64,000 nucleotides of DNA, taken from positions 1-64,000 of IMG/VR virus record IMGVR_UViG_3300022562_001644; one strand, written 5' to 3'. Every line of letters begins with the position of its first letter. Within the stretch, counting starts at the first letter, position 1. Origin of the DNA: a virus. Positions 9,225 through 18,808 of the stretch are shown in pieces. The notes below the pieces were generated by a model. That model saw only the letters and a program-made list of their open reading frames with translations, had not been told where the DNA came from and made no database searches. A program made the position numbers and the translations under genes.

Positions 9225-9671
9225 ATGATTATCTGGCTCACCGGCATTCCGGGCGTGGGGAAGATATTTATCGCACACGCCTTGCGCGACATGCTGAGAA
9301 ATGGCCGACCGGCTCAGGTCGTTAACGCCAGTGAAGTTCGATATTTCCATCACCCAGACACGGCCCCATCTGTTGAAGAGCAGGTGGCGACTGTTGCCTG
9401 GGTAGCTCATCTCTTGGCAAGCAATGACATCACGACCATTGTGTCGTGTGTGTCCCCGATCAAAGAGCAGCGCGATGCAATTCGGCATCGCTCGTTTGAT
9501 CACGGAATCCCATTCTATGAGGTCTGGGTAGATGCGGGAGGATCATCGAGGTACCTCAAGAGGAAATTTCAATACGAGCCGCCCGAGCTCCCAGATGCCA
9601 GGGCATTCATCACACAATTTGGCGGGTGGGAAACCATCGCTCGCCAAGTGCTATCGGAGTTGGACCTATAA
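9225..9671 (+). CDS. cysC: adenylyl-sulfate kinase (CysC)-like protein, degenerate
   Basis: IIWLTGxPGxGK, VAHLL...IVSxVSPxxxxR, FYEVWVD, YEPP motifs; catalytic residues altered. Confidence 0.65.
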   Translation: MIIWLTGIPGVGKIFIAHALRDMLRNGRPAQVVNASEVRYFHHPDTAPSVEEQVATVAWVAHLLASNDITTIVSCVSPIKEQRDAIRHRSFDHGIPFYEVWVDAGGSSRYLKRKFQYEPPELPDARAFITQFGGWETIARQVLSELDL

Positions 9672-9672
9672 G

Positions 9673-10377
9673 ATGAACGAACAAATAAACCTAAACACAG
9701 ATCTGCTGATAGAGGCAGACGGGGCTTCCCCCCTCCCTCTTTCGCCCGGAGGAGGATGCTTCAGCGGCGAGATGGAAGTGCACTTCTCGGGGATTGAGGA
9801 TGTTCTGGCTCGAGAGATCCAAAATGCTGGCGCCGTTTTCGGCGTTGTCGCATGGCTGACCAACGAAAGATTGCTGGATGAGCTGGCTGCCAAAGAGGTG
9901 GCATCAATCATCGTTCAAAAAGAAGACTTCCTGCGACCAGAATCCCTGGATAAGCATCCGACGAAAGAACGCCTTCGCTCTAAGTACGGAGCCGTAAAGG
10001 GTGGTTGGAGATTCGACAAACTACCCGCGCCGATCCATGGAATGAGCTGTGCGCTCGATGCCACGATAGAAGGGGTTCGATGTGCTGGCGTTTACGATGA
10101 TTACGTCCGAGTTCATCATAAGTTCGCAGTATTCGCTCGGCACATTCGTGGCGGAGGTGACTACGATCAATGCGACGCCTACGAGCCATACGCTGTTGCG
10201 ACGGGGTCATATAACTGGACTAACAATGCCAACAGGAGCAGGGAAAACCTTGTTCTCATACACAACCCCGATGTAGCAGAGTGCTACTTCAAGGAGTGGG
10301 CTCAAATCTGTGCCATCTCTGAGTCTCTGGACTGGGAGTGGGAATACATCGAACCCCAGTGGAGGATCGGTACTTGA
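9673..10377 (+). CDS. phospholipase D-family nuclease-like protein
   Basis: VAWLT, HHKFAVF, TGSYNWT..A..SREN. Confidence 0.85.
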   Translation: MNEQINLNTDLLIEADGASPLPLSPGGGCFSGEMEVHFSGIEDVLAREIQNAGAVFGVVAWLTNERLLDELAAKEVASIIVQKEDFLRPESLDKHPTKERLRSKYGAVKGGWRFDKLPAPIHGMSCALDATIEGVRCAGVYDDYVRVHHKFAVFARHIRGGGDYDQCDAYEPYAVATGSYNWTNNANRSRENLVLIHNPDVAECYFKEWAQICAISESLDWEWEYIEPQWRIGT

Positions 10378-10421
10378 TTCCTCCAAGCGAAAACACCAAC
10401 CCCAACCAGGATCTATACGCC

Positions 10422-10934
10422 ATGGGCTACAAGCGCACCCTTTGCATCGACTTTGATGGAGTCCTCCACTTCTACGGAGACGGCTGGAAAGGTCCGACCG
10501 AGATCTACGACATTCCCGTCCCCGGAGCCATCGAGTGGCTCAAGAGGCTTCTTGCCTTCATCGGGCCGAACAACGAGCAACCCTTCGAAGTTGCCATCTA
10601 CTCAAGCCGCTCCAAGCATGAGGGCGGGGTCGAAGCCATGAAGAGCTGGCTGCTCTACCACGGCCTGGGCGAGATCGCCCTGGAGTGCATCATCTTCCCG
10701 ACACAGAAGCCAGCGGCTTGGATTACCATCGACGACCGCTGCTTCCAATTCCGCGGCGTGTTCCCGTCTCCAGAGTATTTGCTTGGGTATGAGGCCTGGA
10801 ACAAGCGTCCGATTGCGGAGAGCATCGGGAACGATGTCCGAACCCTTCGGGAGATCGCCGACACCTACAAGCAGTTTCCTGAAATACAGGATCGCCTGGA
10901 GCGGATCGCCAACGAGCTCGAGGGTCAGCGCTGA
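10422..10934 (+). CDS. HAD-superfamily phosphatase
   Basis: CIDFDGVLH, YSSR, KP, IDDR motifs. Confidence 0.85.
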   Translation: MGYKRTLCIDFDGVLHFYGDGWKGPTEIYDIPVPGAIEWLKRLLAFIGPNNEQPFEVAIYSSRSKHEGGVEAMKSWLLYHGLGEIALECIIFPTQKPAAWITIDDRCFQFRGVFPSPEYLLGYEAWNKRPIAESIGNDVRTLREIADTYKQFPEIQDRLERIANELEGQR

Positions 10935-11632
10935 TGCACACCAGAGTTGAGACCACGGACAAGGGTCCAGTTCACATTGTTCTGCCCGATGACCATGACC
11001 CCAGGGAGGGCGTGATCATCTACCTGCATGGCTGGAACTTGGGCAAGAAAAAGGGCGACTGGTACGTCGACCAGGTCTGGGAGGAGTTCGGCCTGGAGCG
11101 CAAGCTCGAGCTCTCTGGCTCGAAGGCCGCTCTCGTGGCCATCGCCACCCAAGACGGCAAGGGACGACCGCGGTACTGGGAGAGCCTAGAAGAGCTGCTC
11201 GAGCTCGTGACCTGTCATCTGCCGCCTAGCTGGAGGACGGATTATTGGGTGCATGTGATTGGTCACAGCGGTGCCTGGGCGAATTCCGTTGCCTGGCTAG
11301 AAAGCGACCAGCTTAACCACCTCACGCTGCTGGATGCGATCTATGGAGGAGCGAATCACTTTCGTGACTGGTCGCTTCAGCCTGGGAGGTACCTAGATAT
11401 CGGCGTCAACCATGGATCTGGCACCCACAAGAAGGCGTGGCAGATCATCAAGGAGCACCCCTCCTATCATGTCTGGGGCGTCATGCCGGATCTGGATGCC
11501 AAGCTTGAGACATGTGGAATGGTCTACATGCCGATCAAGCTTGGACACATGGAGTGGGTGAACAAAGACGATCCGTTCGCATTGTTTGCGAAACGGTCGG
11601 CTGCGATTCGCTCGGGAATGGAGGGGAGATGA
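10934..11632 (+). CDS. alpha/beta-hydrolase-fold protein
   Basis: IIYLHG, GHSGA nucleophile elbow, LLDAIYG, late His. Confidence 0.75.
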   Translation: MHTRVETTDKGPVHIVLPDDHDPREGVIIYLHGWNLGKKKGDWYVDQVWEEFGLERKLELSGSKAALVAIATQDGKGRPRYWESLEELLELVTCHLPPSWRTDYWVHVIGHSGAWANSVAWLESDQLNHLTLLDAIYGGANHFRDWSLQPGRYLDIGVNHGSGTHKKAWQIIKEHPSYHVWGVMPDLDAKLETCGMVYMPIKLGHMEWVNKDDPFALFAKRSAAIRSGMEGR

Positions 11633-11805
11633 GTAAACCTAGAAGAAAAGTACTGTGTCAAATTGGCCCCACGAAAGATCCTAAATGGATGGAGATTGGA
11701 ACAGCGTTCGAGAACAAGGACGGGTCGCTCAACATCTACTTGGATGCATTGCCGTCAGAGGGTCGGCTAAGGGTCGACAAGCTACAGGAAGGTGAGAAGG
11801 CGTGA
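11629..11805 (+). CDS. small conserved hypothetical (WxxIGxAFxNxDGSxNxxLDALP)
   Basis: 58 aa, GGAGGGG RBS. Confidence 0.7.
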   Translation: MSKPRRKVLCQIGPTKDPKWMEIGTAFENKDGSLNIYLDALPSEGRLRVDKLQEGEKA

Positions 11806-12029
11806 GTGAACCTTCGATGATTCTGTGGTGCGTGTACTACAAGCCGAAGGATTGGCCACATGGGTACATTGCCCGCCGGCATGATATTTATCCTGGCGAA
11901 TCAAGGGCTACGGAAGAAGTCATAAAGGCTGATTCACTGGAGAGCCTTCGCAGACTACTACCAGAAGGTCTTGTCTGCATTGCACGTCACCCAGATGATG
12001 AGCCACAGATCGTGGAGGTTTGGCTTTGA
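11802..12029 (+). CDS. hypothetical protein
   Basis: PKDWP...RHPDDEPQIVEVWL; coupled ORF. Confidence 0.7.
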   Translation: MSEPSMILWCVYYKPKDWPHGYIARRHDIYPGESRATEEVIKADSLESLRRLLPEGLVCIARHPDDEPQIVEVWL

Positions 12030-12502
12030 GTGAGAAGGGACTGTTCGAACAACTAAACGACATACTTCCAAGCCGCATGTATGAAGTCCGTGTGCCACCC
12101 GAGAGGTACTCGGGCTTTCGTTTTGGGGATAAGGTTACAGGGCATGACGTTGTCCGGGATCCAGACGAAGCCATCAGGCTGCTGAATCGTGTTGAGCTAA
12201 AGAACCCACCGTTTCCAATTTCGTTTGATTGTCACGATGAGGATGGCTACATCGAGGTCAGGGTTACCTCGGAGCTAAAGGCTAGGGATACAGGTGAGTT
12301 CTGGCGTCAGGTTGCGTTCTTTTCAATTACGCTTCCGGCGCCAGCACCGTTCATTGTTTTCTCTCTTGAGAAGGCTTTGCGCTCGGTGTTTATGCATGAG
12401 TTTGAAGAGTGCTTCCACTTCGAGGGGAGGCGTGTTCATGAGCCTCACCCAGGAGGCTCTCCAATGATTCACGAATACGACAGAGCCGGCTATCGGCGGT
12501 AA
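12020..12502 (+). CDS. hypothetical protein
   Basis: C-terminal HExxE.F...G.RV..PH. Confidence 0.7.
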   Translation: MALSEKGLFEQLNDILPSRMYEVRVPPERYSGFRFGDKVTGHDVVRDPDEAIRLLNRVELKNPPFPISFDCHDEDGYIEVRVTSELKARDTGEFWRQVAFFSITLPAPAPFIVFSLEKALRSVFMHEFEECFHFEGRRVHEPHPGGSPMIHEYDRAGYRR

Positions 12503-12511
12503 GGAGAAGCG

Positions 12512-14572
12512 ATGGAGTTGAAGGTAATTGAGGGAGGGGCTCTGAGAGAACCCAGCGGTGACTACATCAAAGACACATTTGGCAATGGAGGGCATCTGGC
12601 AAAACTGATCTCTGGCTACGAGCCACGAGACGGCCAAATCAAGATGTCTCGGATGATCGACAAAGGCATCCGCGAAAACACACACATCATTGCAGAAGGG
12701 CCGACCGGAACGGGCAAGAGCCTGGCTTACTCGGTGCCGGCGTCCTATCACGCAGCCCACAGCGGCAAGCGGGTGTGCATTGTCACGGCGAATAAGAACC
12801 TGCAGCGACAAATCTACGAGAAGGACTTAAAGACCCTGAGCGATGCTGTCCCGTGGCGGTTCACCTATGCCGTTCGCAAGGGAATCAACAGCTACCTGTG
12901 CATGAGGGACTTCGACAACGAGAAGTATCGCGAGCTGCTTTCCGGGGGAGGCTTCTCTCTGGAAGAGGAGCAGCTCATCCGGGAAACGGCTGAGTGGGCA
13001 GAGAACACTCGGACGGGCGATTTCGAGGAAAGCCCTGGCCCTGGGTACAAGATCTGGGGGAGCTTCGCCACAACCCGGGAGGACTGCACAGGTCGCAAGT
13101 GTGGTTGGTTTCAGGAGTGCCACGTCAAGGCCGCCAAGGAGCGGGCAGACATGGCAGATATCATCGTCACGAACTATCACCTTCTCTTTGTTCACCTCAA
13201 GCTCGGTGAGGCCTCCAAGGTTCTCCCTGACTTTGACGTGGTCATTCTCGACGAGGCTCACAGGGCGGCAAAGACGGCACGAGATTTCTTCGGAGAGGAG
13301 GTGACATGGGGGTCGATCTATCGGTGCGTGACCAACATGCACATGGTGGAGCTCAGTGGCTACAAGGCTAAGGGCGCAAAGCTCAGAGAGGACATCCTGA
13401 ATGAATCTAGAAATCTCTGGACGGGACTTGCTGCTCGAGCCCGGGACAGGAAGGCCATCATCGATCCAGGTTCCCCCCTGAGGAGCCAGCGACTTGAGGA
13501 GCTACTCGAGCAGGCTGCGGACTACTACACCGAGGTAGCGAACAAGATGACCGGGCCGAGGGCTCATCACAGGGCCGAGGCGCATCGGACGGCCGTTGCG
13601 GATAACTATCTGAGCCTTGCGGACAAATGCAAGGAACGGAGGGAGGTCCTGTTTCAGTTCCGAGATGCAACGATGAAGGGGCTTGTCTTCTTCATCGAGG
13701 GTTCCGGCCAGGAGGAGAAGGGTAAGTGGGTCAAGCTCAAGTCGAAGGCGGTTGACGTTGGCGGCTACATGCACCACGCACTCTTCAAACGCTTCCCGAC
13801 GGTGGTGCAGACCTCGGCGACCCTTGCAATTCGCGGTGGTGGAAAGTCGAACTTCGAGTATGTCCGTCGAGAGATGGGCATGAATGGGATCGACAACATC
13901 GCCGAGATCACCGTGGACTCACCCTTCAACTGGGCCAAGCAGGGTCTCCTAGTCATCCCCAAGTCGATGCCGGAGTACAAGTACGGTGACGATTCCTGGG
14001 ACAAGGAGATCTGCAAGCACGTCGAGAAGGTGGTCAACCTGGTCGGTGGTCGGACGCTGGGACTGTTCACCAGCTTCCGGATGATGCGCATGGCGGCTGA
14101 GCATCTGAAGAAGACCACGGGATACAAGATCTACACCCAGGGCGACGCGACAAACCGCGAGCTCGCGGAGAAGTTCCAGGCTGAAGTCGGCTCTATTCTT
14201 CTCGGAACGGAGTCTTTCTCGGAGGGTGTGTCGATTGAGGGTGAGGCATGTAGCTGTGTGATTCTCGACAAGATTCCGTTCATCACCAAGAACGACCCGG
14301 TGATGTATGGCATCGAGAAGAGGCTAAAGGCGCAGCGGTCGAGGATGAGCTCGTTCGAGACCTACTCGTTGCCGGAGGCGATCATCAGCTTCAAGCAGAG
14401 GGTAGGCCGGCTCATTCGGACTGTGAACGATGTCGGTGTGGTGGTGGTCCTCGACAAGAGGCTTCACACCAAGCGGTATCGCCACCAGTTCATCAAGAGC
14501 GTGCCGTTCGACCGGGTCCACGACGACATTGCGGACATAAGGCCGTTCCTCAAGAGGGTCGGTGCGTTGTAG
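12512..14572 (+). CDS. dinG: DinG/YoaA-family ATP-dependent helicase (Fe-S)
   Basis: EGPTGTGKS, KG..SYLC, Cys cluster, DEAH, TSATL, LFTS, QRVGRLIR. Confidence 0.95.
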   Translation: MELKVIEGGALREPSGDYIKDTFGNGGHLAKLISGYEPRDGQIKMSRMIDKGIRENTHIIAEGPTGTGKSLAYSVPASYHAAHSGKRVCIVTANKNLQRQIYEKDLKTLSDAVPWRFTYAVRKGINSYLCMRDFDNEKYRELLSGGGFSLEEEQLIRETAEWAENTRTGDFEESPGPGYKIWGSFATTREDCTGRKCGWFQECHVKAAKERADMADIIVTNYHLLFVHLKLGEASKVLPDFDVVILDEAHRAAKTARDFFGEEVTWGSIYRCVTNMHMVELSGYKAKGAKLREDILNESRNLWTGLAARARDRKAIIDPGSPLRSQRLEELLEQAADYYTEVANKMTGPRAHHRAEAHRTAVADNYLSLADKCKERREVLFQFRDATMKGLVFFIEGSGQEEKGKWVKLKSKAVDVGGYMHHALFKRFPTVVQTSATLAIRGGGKSNFEYVRREMGMNGIDNIAEITVDSPFNWAKQGLLVIPKSMPEYKYGDDSWDKEICKHVEKVVNLVGGRTLGLFTSFRMMRMAAEHLKKTTGYKIYTQGDATNRELAEKFQAEVGSILLGTESFSEGVSIEGEACSCVILDKIPFITKNDPVMYGIEKRLKAQRSRMSSFETYSLPEAIISFKQRVGRLIRTVNDVGVVVVLDKRLHTKRYRHQFIKSVPFDRVHDDIADIRPFLKRVGAL

Positions 14573-14867
14573 CTGGCATAAGGGTCTTGAAAGGAGATCT
14601 GTATGCCGTTTCACAATAGAAGATGGGCTCAACGATTCGACAGGCCCTGACGGGGCTCAGGAGTGGGCAGTCTGTCGTAAGAGCGATGGACAGCAGCTTG
14701 AGAGCATTACGGTGGGCTGGGCCACGCCGGAGGATGACAAAAAGAACATCCTTGAGGTCCAGAGGCAGTATCGCAACGGCGATGGAAGGCCTATGTGGAG
14801 TCGTGATTACACGCTTGGACCCAACGCCCTCGACCACCCTGAGGGAACCTGTCACCACTGCGCGTAG
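14562..14867 (+). CDS. hypothetical protein (start uncertain)
   Basis: ORF ends ...CHHCA just before next RBS; the best RBS/ATG (14603) is out of frame. Confidence 0.45.
   Translation: MRCSWHKGLERRSVCRFTIEDGLNDSTGPDGAQEWAVCRKSDGQQLESITVGWATPEDDKKNILEVQRQYRNGDGRPMWSRDYTLGPNALDHPEGTCHHCA
14575..14582 (+). promoter_or_regulatory. GGCATAAG putative promoter motif
   Basis: Just after dinG stop. Confidence 0.55.
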
Positions 14868-14875
14868 GAGGCACA

Positions 14876-15160
14876 ATGGACCGATATCTCAAGTACGCCT
14901 GGGATCACAATATGGACGAAGCCTTCGCTGCCTGGCTTAGAAGTGTTGACGAATACTCGATCAGATTCTTCAACATCGATATGTTTGAACTTGACCAGTC
15001 GTGGGATCCAGTCGCTCACTACATCGAGGGCATGACACCGAGAGGGTTCGTCAGGTACATCATGGTTCCAACGCTGGTGAACGACTTCGGTTGTCACTTT
15101 GTATCGGAAATCGTCGCCGAGCGTGTTCTTTGGGGAAACTCAAGGGACATAAGCATCTAG
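14876..15160 (+). CDS. hypothetical protein
   Basis: AGGAGG RBS. Confidence 0.75.
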   Translation: MDRYLKYAWDHNMDEAFAAWLRSVDEYSIRFFNIDMFELDQSWDPVAHYIEGMTPRGFVRYIMVPTLVNDFGCHFVSEIVAERVLWGNSRDISI

Positions 15161-15166
15161 AGTTTT

Positions 15167-15247
15167 GAACCGTCGGAGCGCGTCATTGGGTCCTTGGCAA
15201 TCCTGCCTGGGGGTGGCTCCGTCATGGCTCCGGCGGTTCTTTTTTTT
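15167..15247 (+). ncRNA. candidate rod-like structured RNA or extended terminator
   Basis: 13-bp closing stem 15167-15179/15227-15239, inner pairings, T8 tail; GACATAAG at 15146. Confidence 0.4.
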
Positions 15248-15259
15248 GAGGAGATAGGG

Positions 15260-15454
15260 ATGATTGAGTTTGATGGAGTAGAGATATTCAGCGCGACCAA
15301 AGCGAATGACAGAGAGAGCCTCAGCGATGAAATCACTGGATGGATCGCAAAGCACAAGAACCTAGTCAAGGTCGTTGACCGTGACGTGAGGCAGAGCTCG
15401 GACAACGCGTTTCACTGTCTTACGATCATTCTCTACTATGTGAAGAGGAAGTAG
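15260..15454 (+). CDS. small conserved protein (FSATKAxxR...QSSDxxFHCL), myxobacterial-type
   Basis: GAGGAG RBS; motif recalled from Myxococcales proteins. Confidence 0.75.
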   Translation: MIEFDGVEIFSATKANDRESLSDEITGWIAKHKNLVKVVDRDVRQSSDNAFHCLTIILYYVKRK

Positions 15455-15730
15455 ATGGCACAGAACAACTACAACGGGAAATGGAGTGACTGGATCTGGA
15501 AGGTTAGTAACGGCCGATGGATTGTCGCCGAGAATCGAGACGGCACCTACTTCACGAAGGTTACAGTGGACTCATGCGAGCTTGGGGAGATTAGGGGGCA
15601 CAATCCACTCGACCTAGTTGCAAAGGGAGCGCAGACATACGCAAACCCGAATGCGGCTATCAAGTCGCTCAAGCGGGTGTACAATCCAGAAGATGCCAGT
15701 CAAGCACGGACCGAAGAACGTCCCCGGTAA
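15455..15730 (+). CDS. hypothetical protein
   Basis: 91 aa adjacent ORF. Confidence 0.7.
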   Translation: MAQNNYNGKWSDWIWKVSNGRWIVAENRDGTYFTKVTVDSCELGEIRGHNPLDLVAKGAQTYANPNAAIKSLKRVYNPEDASQARTEERPR

Positions 15731-15851
15731 GGTCACGGTGGACGATACGTGTCAGCAGCCTGGCTGTGACAGGAAGGCCATGCGCGGGAAATTTTTGTGC
15801 AGCGATCATGAGCCGACTGATCAAATAAAGCGGGTTGCAGACGAGGCTTGA
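15693..15851 (+). CDS. small zinc-finger protein
   Basis: CQQPGC...LCSDH. Confidence 0.5.
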   Translation: MPVKHGPKNVPGKVTVDDTCQQPGCDRKAMRGKFLCSDHEPTDQIKRVADEA

Positions 15852-16221
15852 CGAATGCGCGGCAAGAGAGAAGAATGCCACCGCAATGACGATGCCAGTT
15901 CGATTCCAGGTCCTGGAGGTTCTCGGGGCTCAACCTGAGCCGATGTCAGCTCTTGAGCTTGCTCTTATGCTGGACATCGATGTCGTCGAGGTTCAGGGTG
16001 AGCTCGATGCCTTGTTTGTAGGCAGCCAGGTTGAGCGGAGCACTGGTGACGTAGTCTTCTACCGGCTACCGGAGAGAACAGATGAGCGAACCATTCAGCT
16101 ATCCATACCAGATCCCATCGCTGAGGGCTCAAGCCTTGCGAGTCGTGGATGGGGACACCGCGGACCTATTCGTGGACACGGGCTTCCGGGGGTACCACTG
16201 CTTTCGATTCAGATTCCTTGA
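15835..16221 (+). CDS. winged-helix DNA-binding protein
   Basis: VLEVL..QPEPMSALELA..L...V...L..L...QVER...YRL; start uncertain. Confidence 0.6.
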   Translation: MQTRLDECAAREKNATAMTMPVRFQVLEVLGAQPEPMSALELALMLDIDVVEVQGELDALFVGSQVERSTGDVVFYRLPERTDERTIQLSIPDPIAEGSSLASRGWGHRGPIRGHGLPGVPLLSIQIP

Positions 16222-16489
16222 TATCGATACACCGGAGCTCAACAGTCGCAACGAAGAAGAGCGTGAGAAAGCCAAGGAAGCAAAGGAGCTGGTACAAGAT
16301 CTGCTCGACTGCTTCGAACGAACTACCGTGGTTGACCTCGCTCACTGGCCGCTCCGAATCGAGACGGCGGAGGACCCGGACAACTTCGGTCGGTGGCTTG
16401 CTCGAATATTCTTCACGGATGACGGTGTGGAACGAGGGGTCAATGCTGAGTTGCTGAGCGCTGGGCTGGCGGAGCCGTACAAGCCTTAG
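16082..16489 (+). CDS. thermonuclease (SNase-like)
   Basis: RVVDGDT, RFLDIDTPE, FGRWLA, N.ELL..GLA. Confidence 0.9.
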   Translation: MSEPFSYPYQIPSLRAQALRVVDGDTADLFVDTGFRGYHCFRFRFLDIDTPELNSRNEEEREKAKEAKELVQDLLDCFERTTVVDLAHWPLRIETAEDPDNFGRWLARIFFTDDGVERGVNAELLSAGLAEPYKP

Positions 16490-16995
16490 AGTCCGCAAAG
16501 CGGATCGTTCTCTGGGCAGTGCATCTCAACCCGTTGCTGCTGATACATCTGCGCCTTGTCTAGCTTTTGCGGGACAGGGCGCAGTTTGTTTTCAGAAGAC
16601 TTTGCTTTCGGCTCAGGCGGCCTGGGCATGGCTGACGCAGTCATCCTCTCCGGCTTAGCGGATGGCTGCTCATCGGCGCCCTCTTCACCCTCATCTTCGT
16701 CTTCAGGCTCTACCGATGCCAGGTAGCGACCCTCGTCTCGCATGGCCTCGAGGTAGGTTTCAAGAACAAGGATTCTGTCCTCGCTTTCCCTGAGGAGCTC
16801 TTGAAGCTGGGCGACAGCCGGTGCAAGGGTTTCGTAGCCAGCCTCAGATTTCCTCTCAGCCTGGGACGCGCGATCTCTGATGTCGTAGTACGTCACGGCG
16901 ATGACTGATATTGCACCGCATACGGGGCCTACAATCTTAAGAACCTTGAGGGTGGTTTGAAGCCAGTGCGGCAACTTGTCGATACGCTCTCCCAT
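16486..16995 (-). CDS. single-TM coiled-coil protein ending CPENDPLCGL
   Basis: N-terminal TM, coiled coil, Pro/acidic linker; TACCAT 6 nt upstream of ATG 16995. Confidence 0.75.
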   Translation of the reverse strand: MGERIDKLPHWLQTTLKVLKIVGPVCGAISVIAVTYYDIRDRASQAERKSEAGYETLAPAVAQLQELLRESEDRILVLETYLEAMRDEGRYLASVEPEDEDEGEEGADEQPSAKPERMTASAMPRPPEPKAKSSENKLRPVPQKLDKAQMYQQQRVEMHCPENDPLCGL

Positions 16996-17098
16996 TCGTC
17001 GATGGTAAGGCATCGTGAGGGGTTTGAAATAGAATAAGAAGCATTTGAAATCAAAAAGAAAACAAGGACCAAGAAGGAAAACACAGGGTCAGACTCAA

Positions 17099-17890
17099 AT
17101 GAACTACGCAGAAATAGAGAAGGTTCTCAAAGAGAACGGACAAAACTCGACCATCGAACAGCTTCGGGCCGCGGTAGGGGAGGAGGCAAATGAGCTTAGC
17201 CAGGGCATGAAGAACAAGCTCGACGAGGCAACGGCCGTGGAGCAGGCAAGGGAGTTTTACGCTGAGGACATAACTCGCTGGATGTCGGACAACCTAGAGC
17301 CTGACCCAGAGCTGCTAATCGGGATGAGGGCGCGTTACGCTAAGTCCTGGGCCTTTGCTCAGATCATCAACAACCTGCTGGGAGCCGACGAGGAGGAGCT
17401 CGAGGTGCCGTCGGTGAACGCGGACACCCTGGTTCGGCTGTGCCTGTCCAACGCTGAGATGGGCAGCAAGCTGGTGGAGCTGATTGACTCTCTTCAGCAA
17501 GCGGCACACGCAAACCAGCTGGCGAACGCGGTAGGCATGGCCAACACTGTACTTAATCAGGCCAATGCCCCGAAGCTGGCTCCTGGCGGAAAGCGCAAGC
17601 TGGCCATCTGGGAGCGTGTGGAGTGCCTGGTGGAGGAGCTCCAAGAGCTTCGAGATCGTCCAGGAGCCATCGAGGAGAAGCGCATCTACGACATCCTTTC
17701 GGCGGTCATCAAGACCGGTGCGGCGAATCTTATCTGGATGGCCCAGACGACCCACCAGAGCTATCACACCGAGGATGGTGACTCAGAATCCTGGCGCGAG
17801 TGCAGCAAGGGTGTCTGCGGCTCGATGGAGCACATGCTCGGCCAACTCGGCTTCACGAAAGACATGAAGGAAAGGGTTCGTATTCCATGA
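17099..17890 (+). CDS. hypothetical protein
   Basis: 263 aa from MNYAEIE; C-terminal H..H..W..C...C. Confidence 0.75.
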   Translation: MNYAEIEKVLKENGQNSTIEQLRAAVGEEANELSQGMKNKLDEATAVEQAREFYAEDITRWMSDNLEPDPELLIGMRARYAKSWAFAQIINNLLGADEEELEVPSVNADTLVRLCLSNAEMGSKLVELIDSLQQAAHANQLANAVGMANTVLNQANAPKLAPGGKRKLAIWERVECLVEELQELRDRPGAIEEKRIYDILSAVIKTGAANLIWMAQTTHQSYHTEDGDSESWRECSKGVCGSMEHMLGQLGFTKDMKERVRIP

Positions 17891-18300
17891 GCTGCACAAG
17901 GCCCCACCAGACGGGGATGGAGAAACAGTGGGAGGAGTGGGTTCTTGCGACGCTGAATTTTCTCCACCGCCAAGACATCCCCTTCTATAAGACGGATGGA
18001 CAGGGAGCGAGGGTAGGCGGAAAAGACCTTGAGATTCCGAAGAGGCTTCGACTGTTAGAGGAAAGGATTGCGTCGGACCAGAGGGTAGCGATGCGGAGAG
18101 CGCAAGACCTGATCAATGAGAGAGCCGACCATCGGTCGACGAAGGACAAGCTAGCCGAGGCCCACCTGATGCTAGGCCGCGTATTCCTTACCTGGATGCA
18201 CGGTAACGATGGAATGGAAAGTGCTGCCGTGATGGAAGATCTCGAACTGTACGTCGAGAAACACCTTCCGCACTTAGTGGAGGAGGAAGCCGATGCCTGA
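17887..18300 (+). CDS. hypothetical protein
   Basis: ATGA coupling. Confidence 0.65.
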   Translation: MSCTRPHQTGMEKQWEEWVLATLNFLHRQDIPFYKTDGQGARVGGKDLEIPKRLRLLEERIASDQRVAMRRAQDLINERADHRSTKDKLAEAHLMLGRVFLTWMHGNDGMESAAVMEDLELYVEKHLPHLVEEEADA

Positions 18301-18808
18301 TGAATCACCTAACTTCTGTCCGCGCTGTGGGATTCCGTTTGCCTTCGACACCGAGCATCCGACTCCGCAGCATTGCATTGATGCTCTTCGGCTCAGCCTG
18401 AAGCGGCAGACTGAAGCGGCGGAAGGACTCGCCTTCGAGGTGTCGACGCGCATCTTTGCGGTGCTCGAGGGCCTTGCGAATGATCCGAGCGTGGCTGGCA
18501 TCGAGTACTCGATGTTCAACGGTCACACCGGGGAGCGCGTTCTCCTGAACAAGGGTCAGGTAAGCGGCGTCATGACGGCCATCTTCCGCGAGTATCAGAA
18601 GCAAGGGGATTGGTCCCCGATGCGTGACTTGAAGGAGAATAATAGAAGCACTCGGAAGACGGCCTACGATCTTCTGAGAATGCTCACTCTGATTGTTGAT
18701 GGCAATACCGGGAAAACGAAGCTTCAGTCTGAGCACCTAGCCATGGCAGACAGCGTAATCGAGCAAGCTATTGAGCTTGGGGTAAATCGATACGATCAGG
18801 ATTCCTGA
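18293..18808 (+). CDS. hypothetical protein with N-terminal zinc ribbon
   Basis: FCPRCG...H....C; GGAGG RBS. Confidence 0.75.
   Translation: MPDESPNFCPRCGIPFAFDTEHPTPQHCIDALRLSLKRQTEAAEGLAFEVSTRIFAVLEGLANDPSVAGIEYSMFNGHTGERVLLNKGQVSGVMTAIFREYQKQGDWSPMRDLKENNRSTRKTAYDLLRMLTLIVDGNTGKTKLQSEHLAMADSVIEQAIELGVNRYDQDS

Noticed and set aside
12512-14572. DinG as part of a type IV CRISPR system
   Set aside because: No cas genes or repeat-spacer array seen; the protein resembles the ordinary YoaA/DinG Fe-S helicase.
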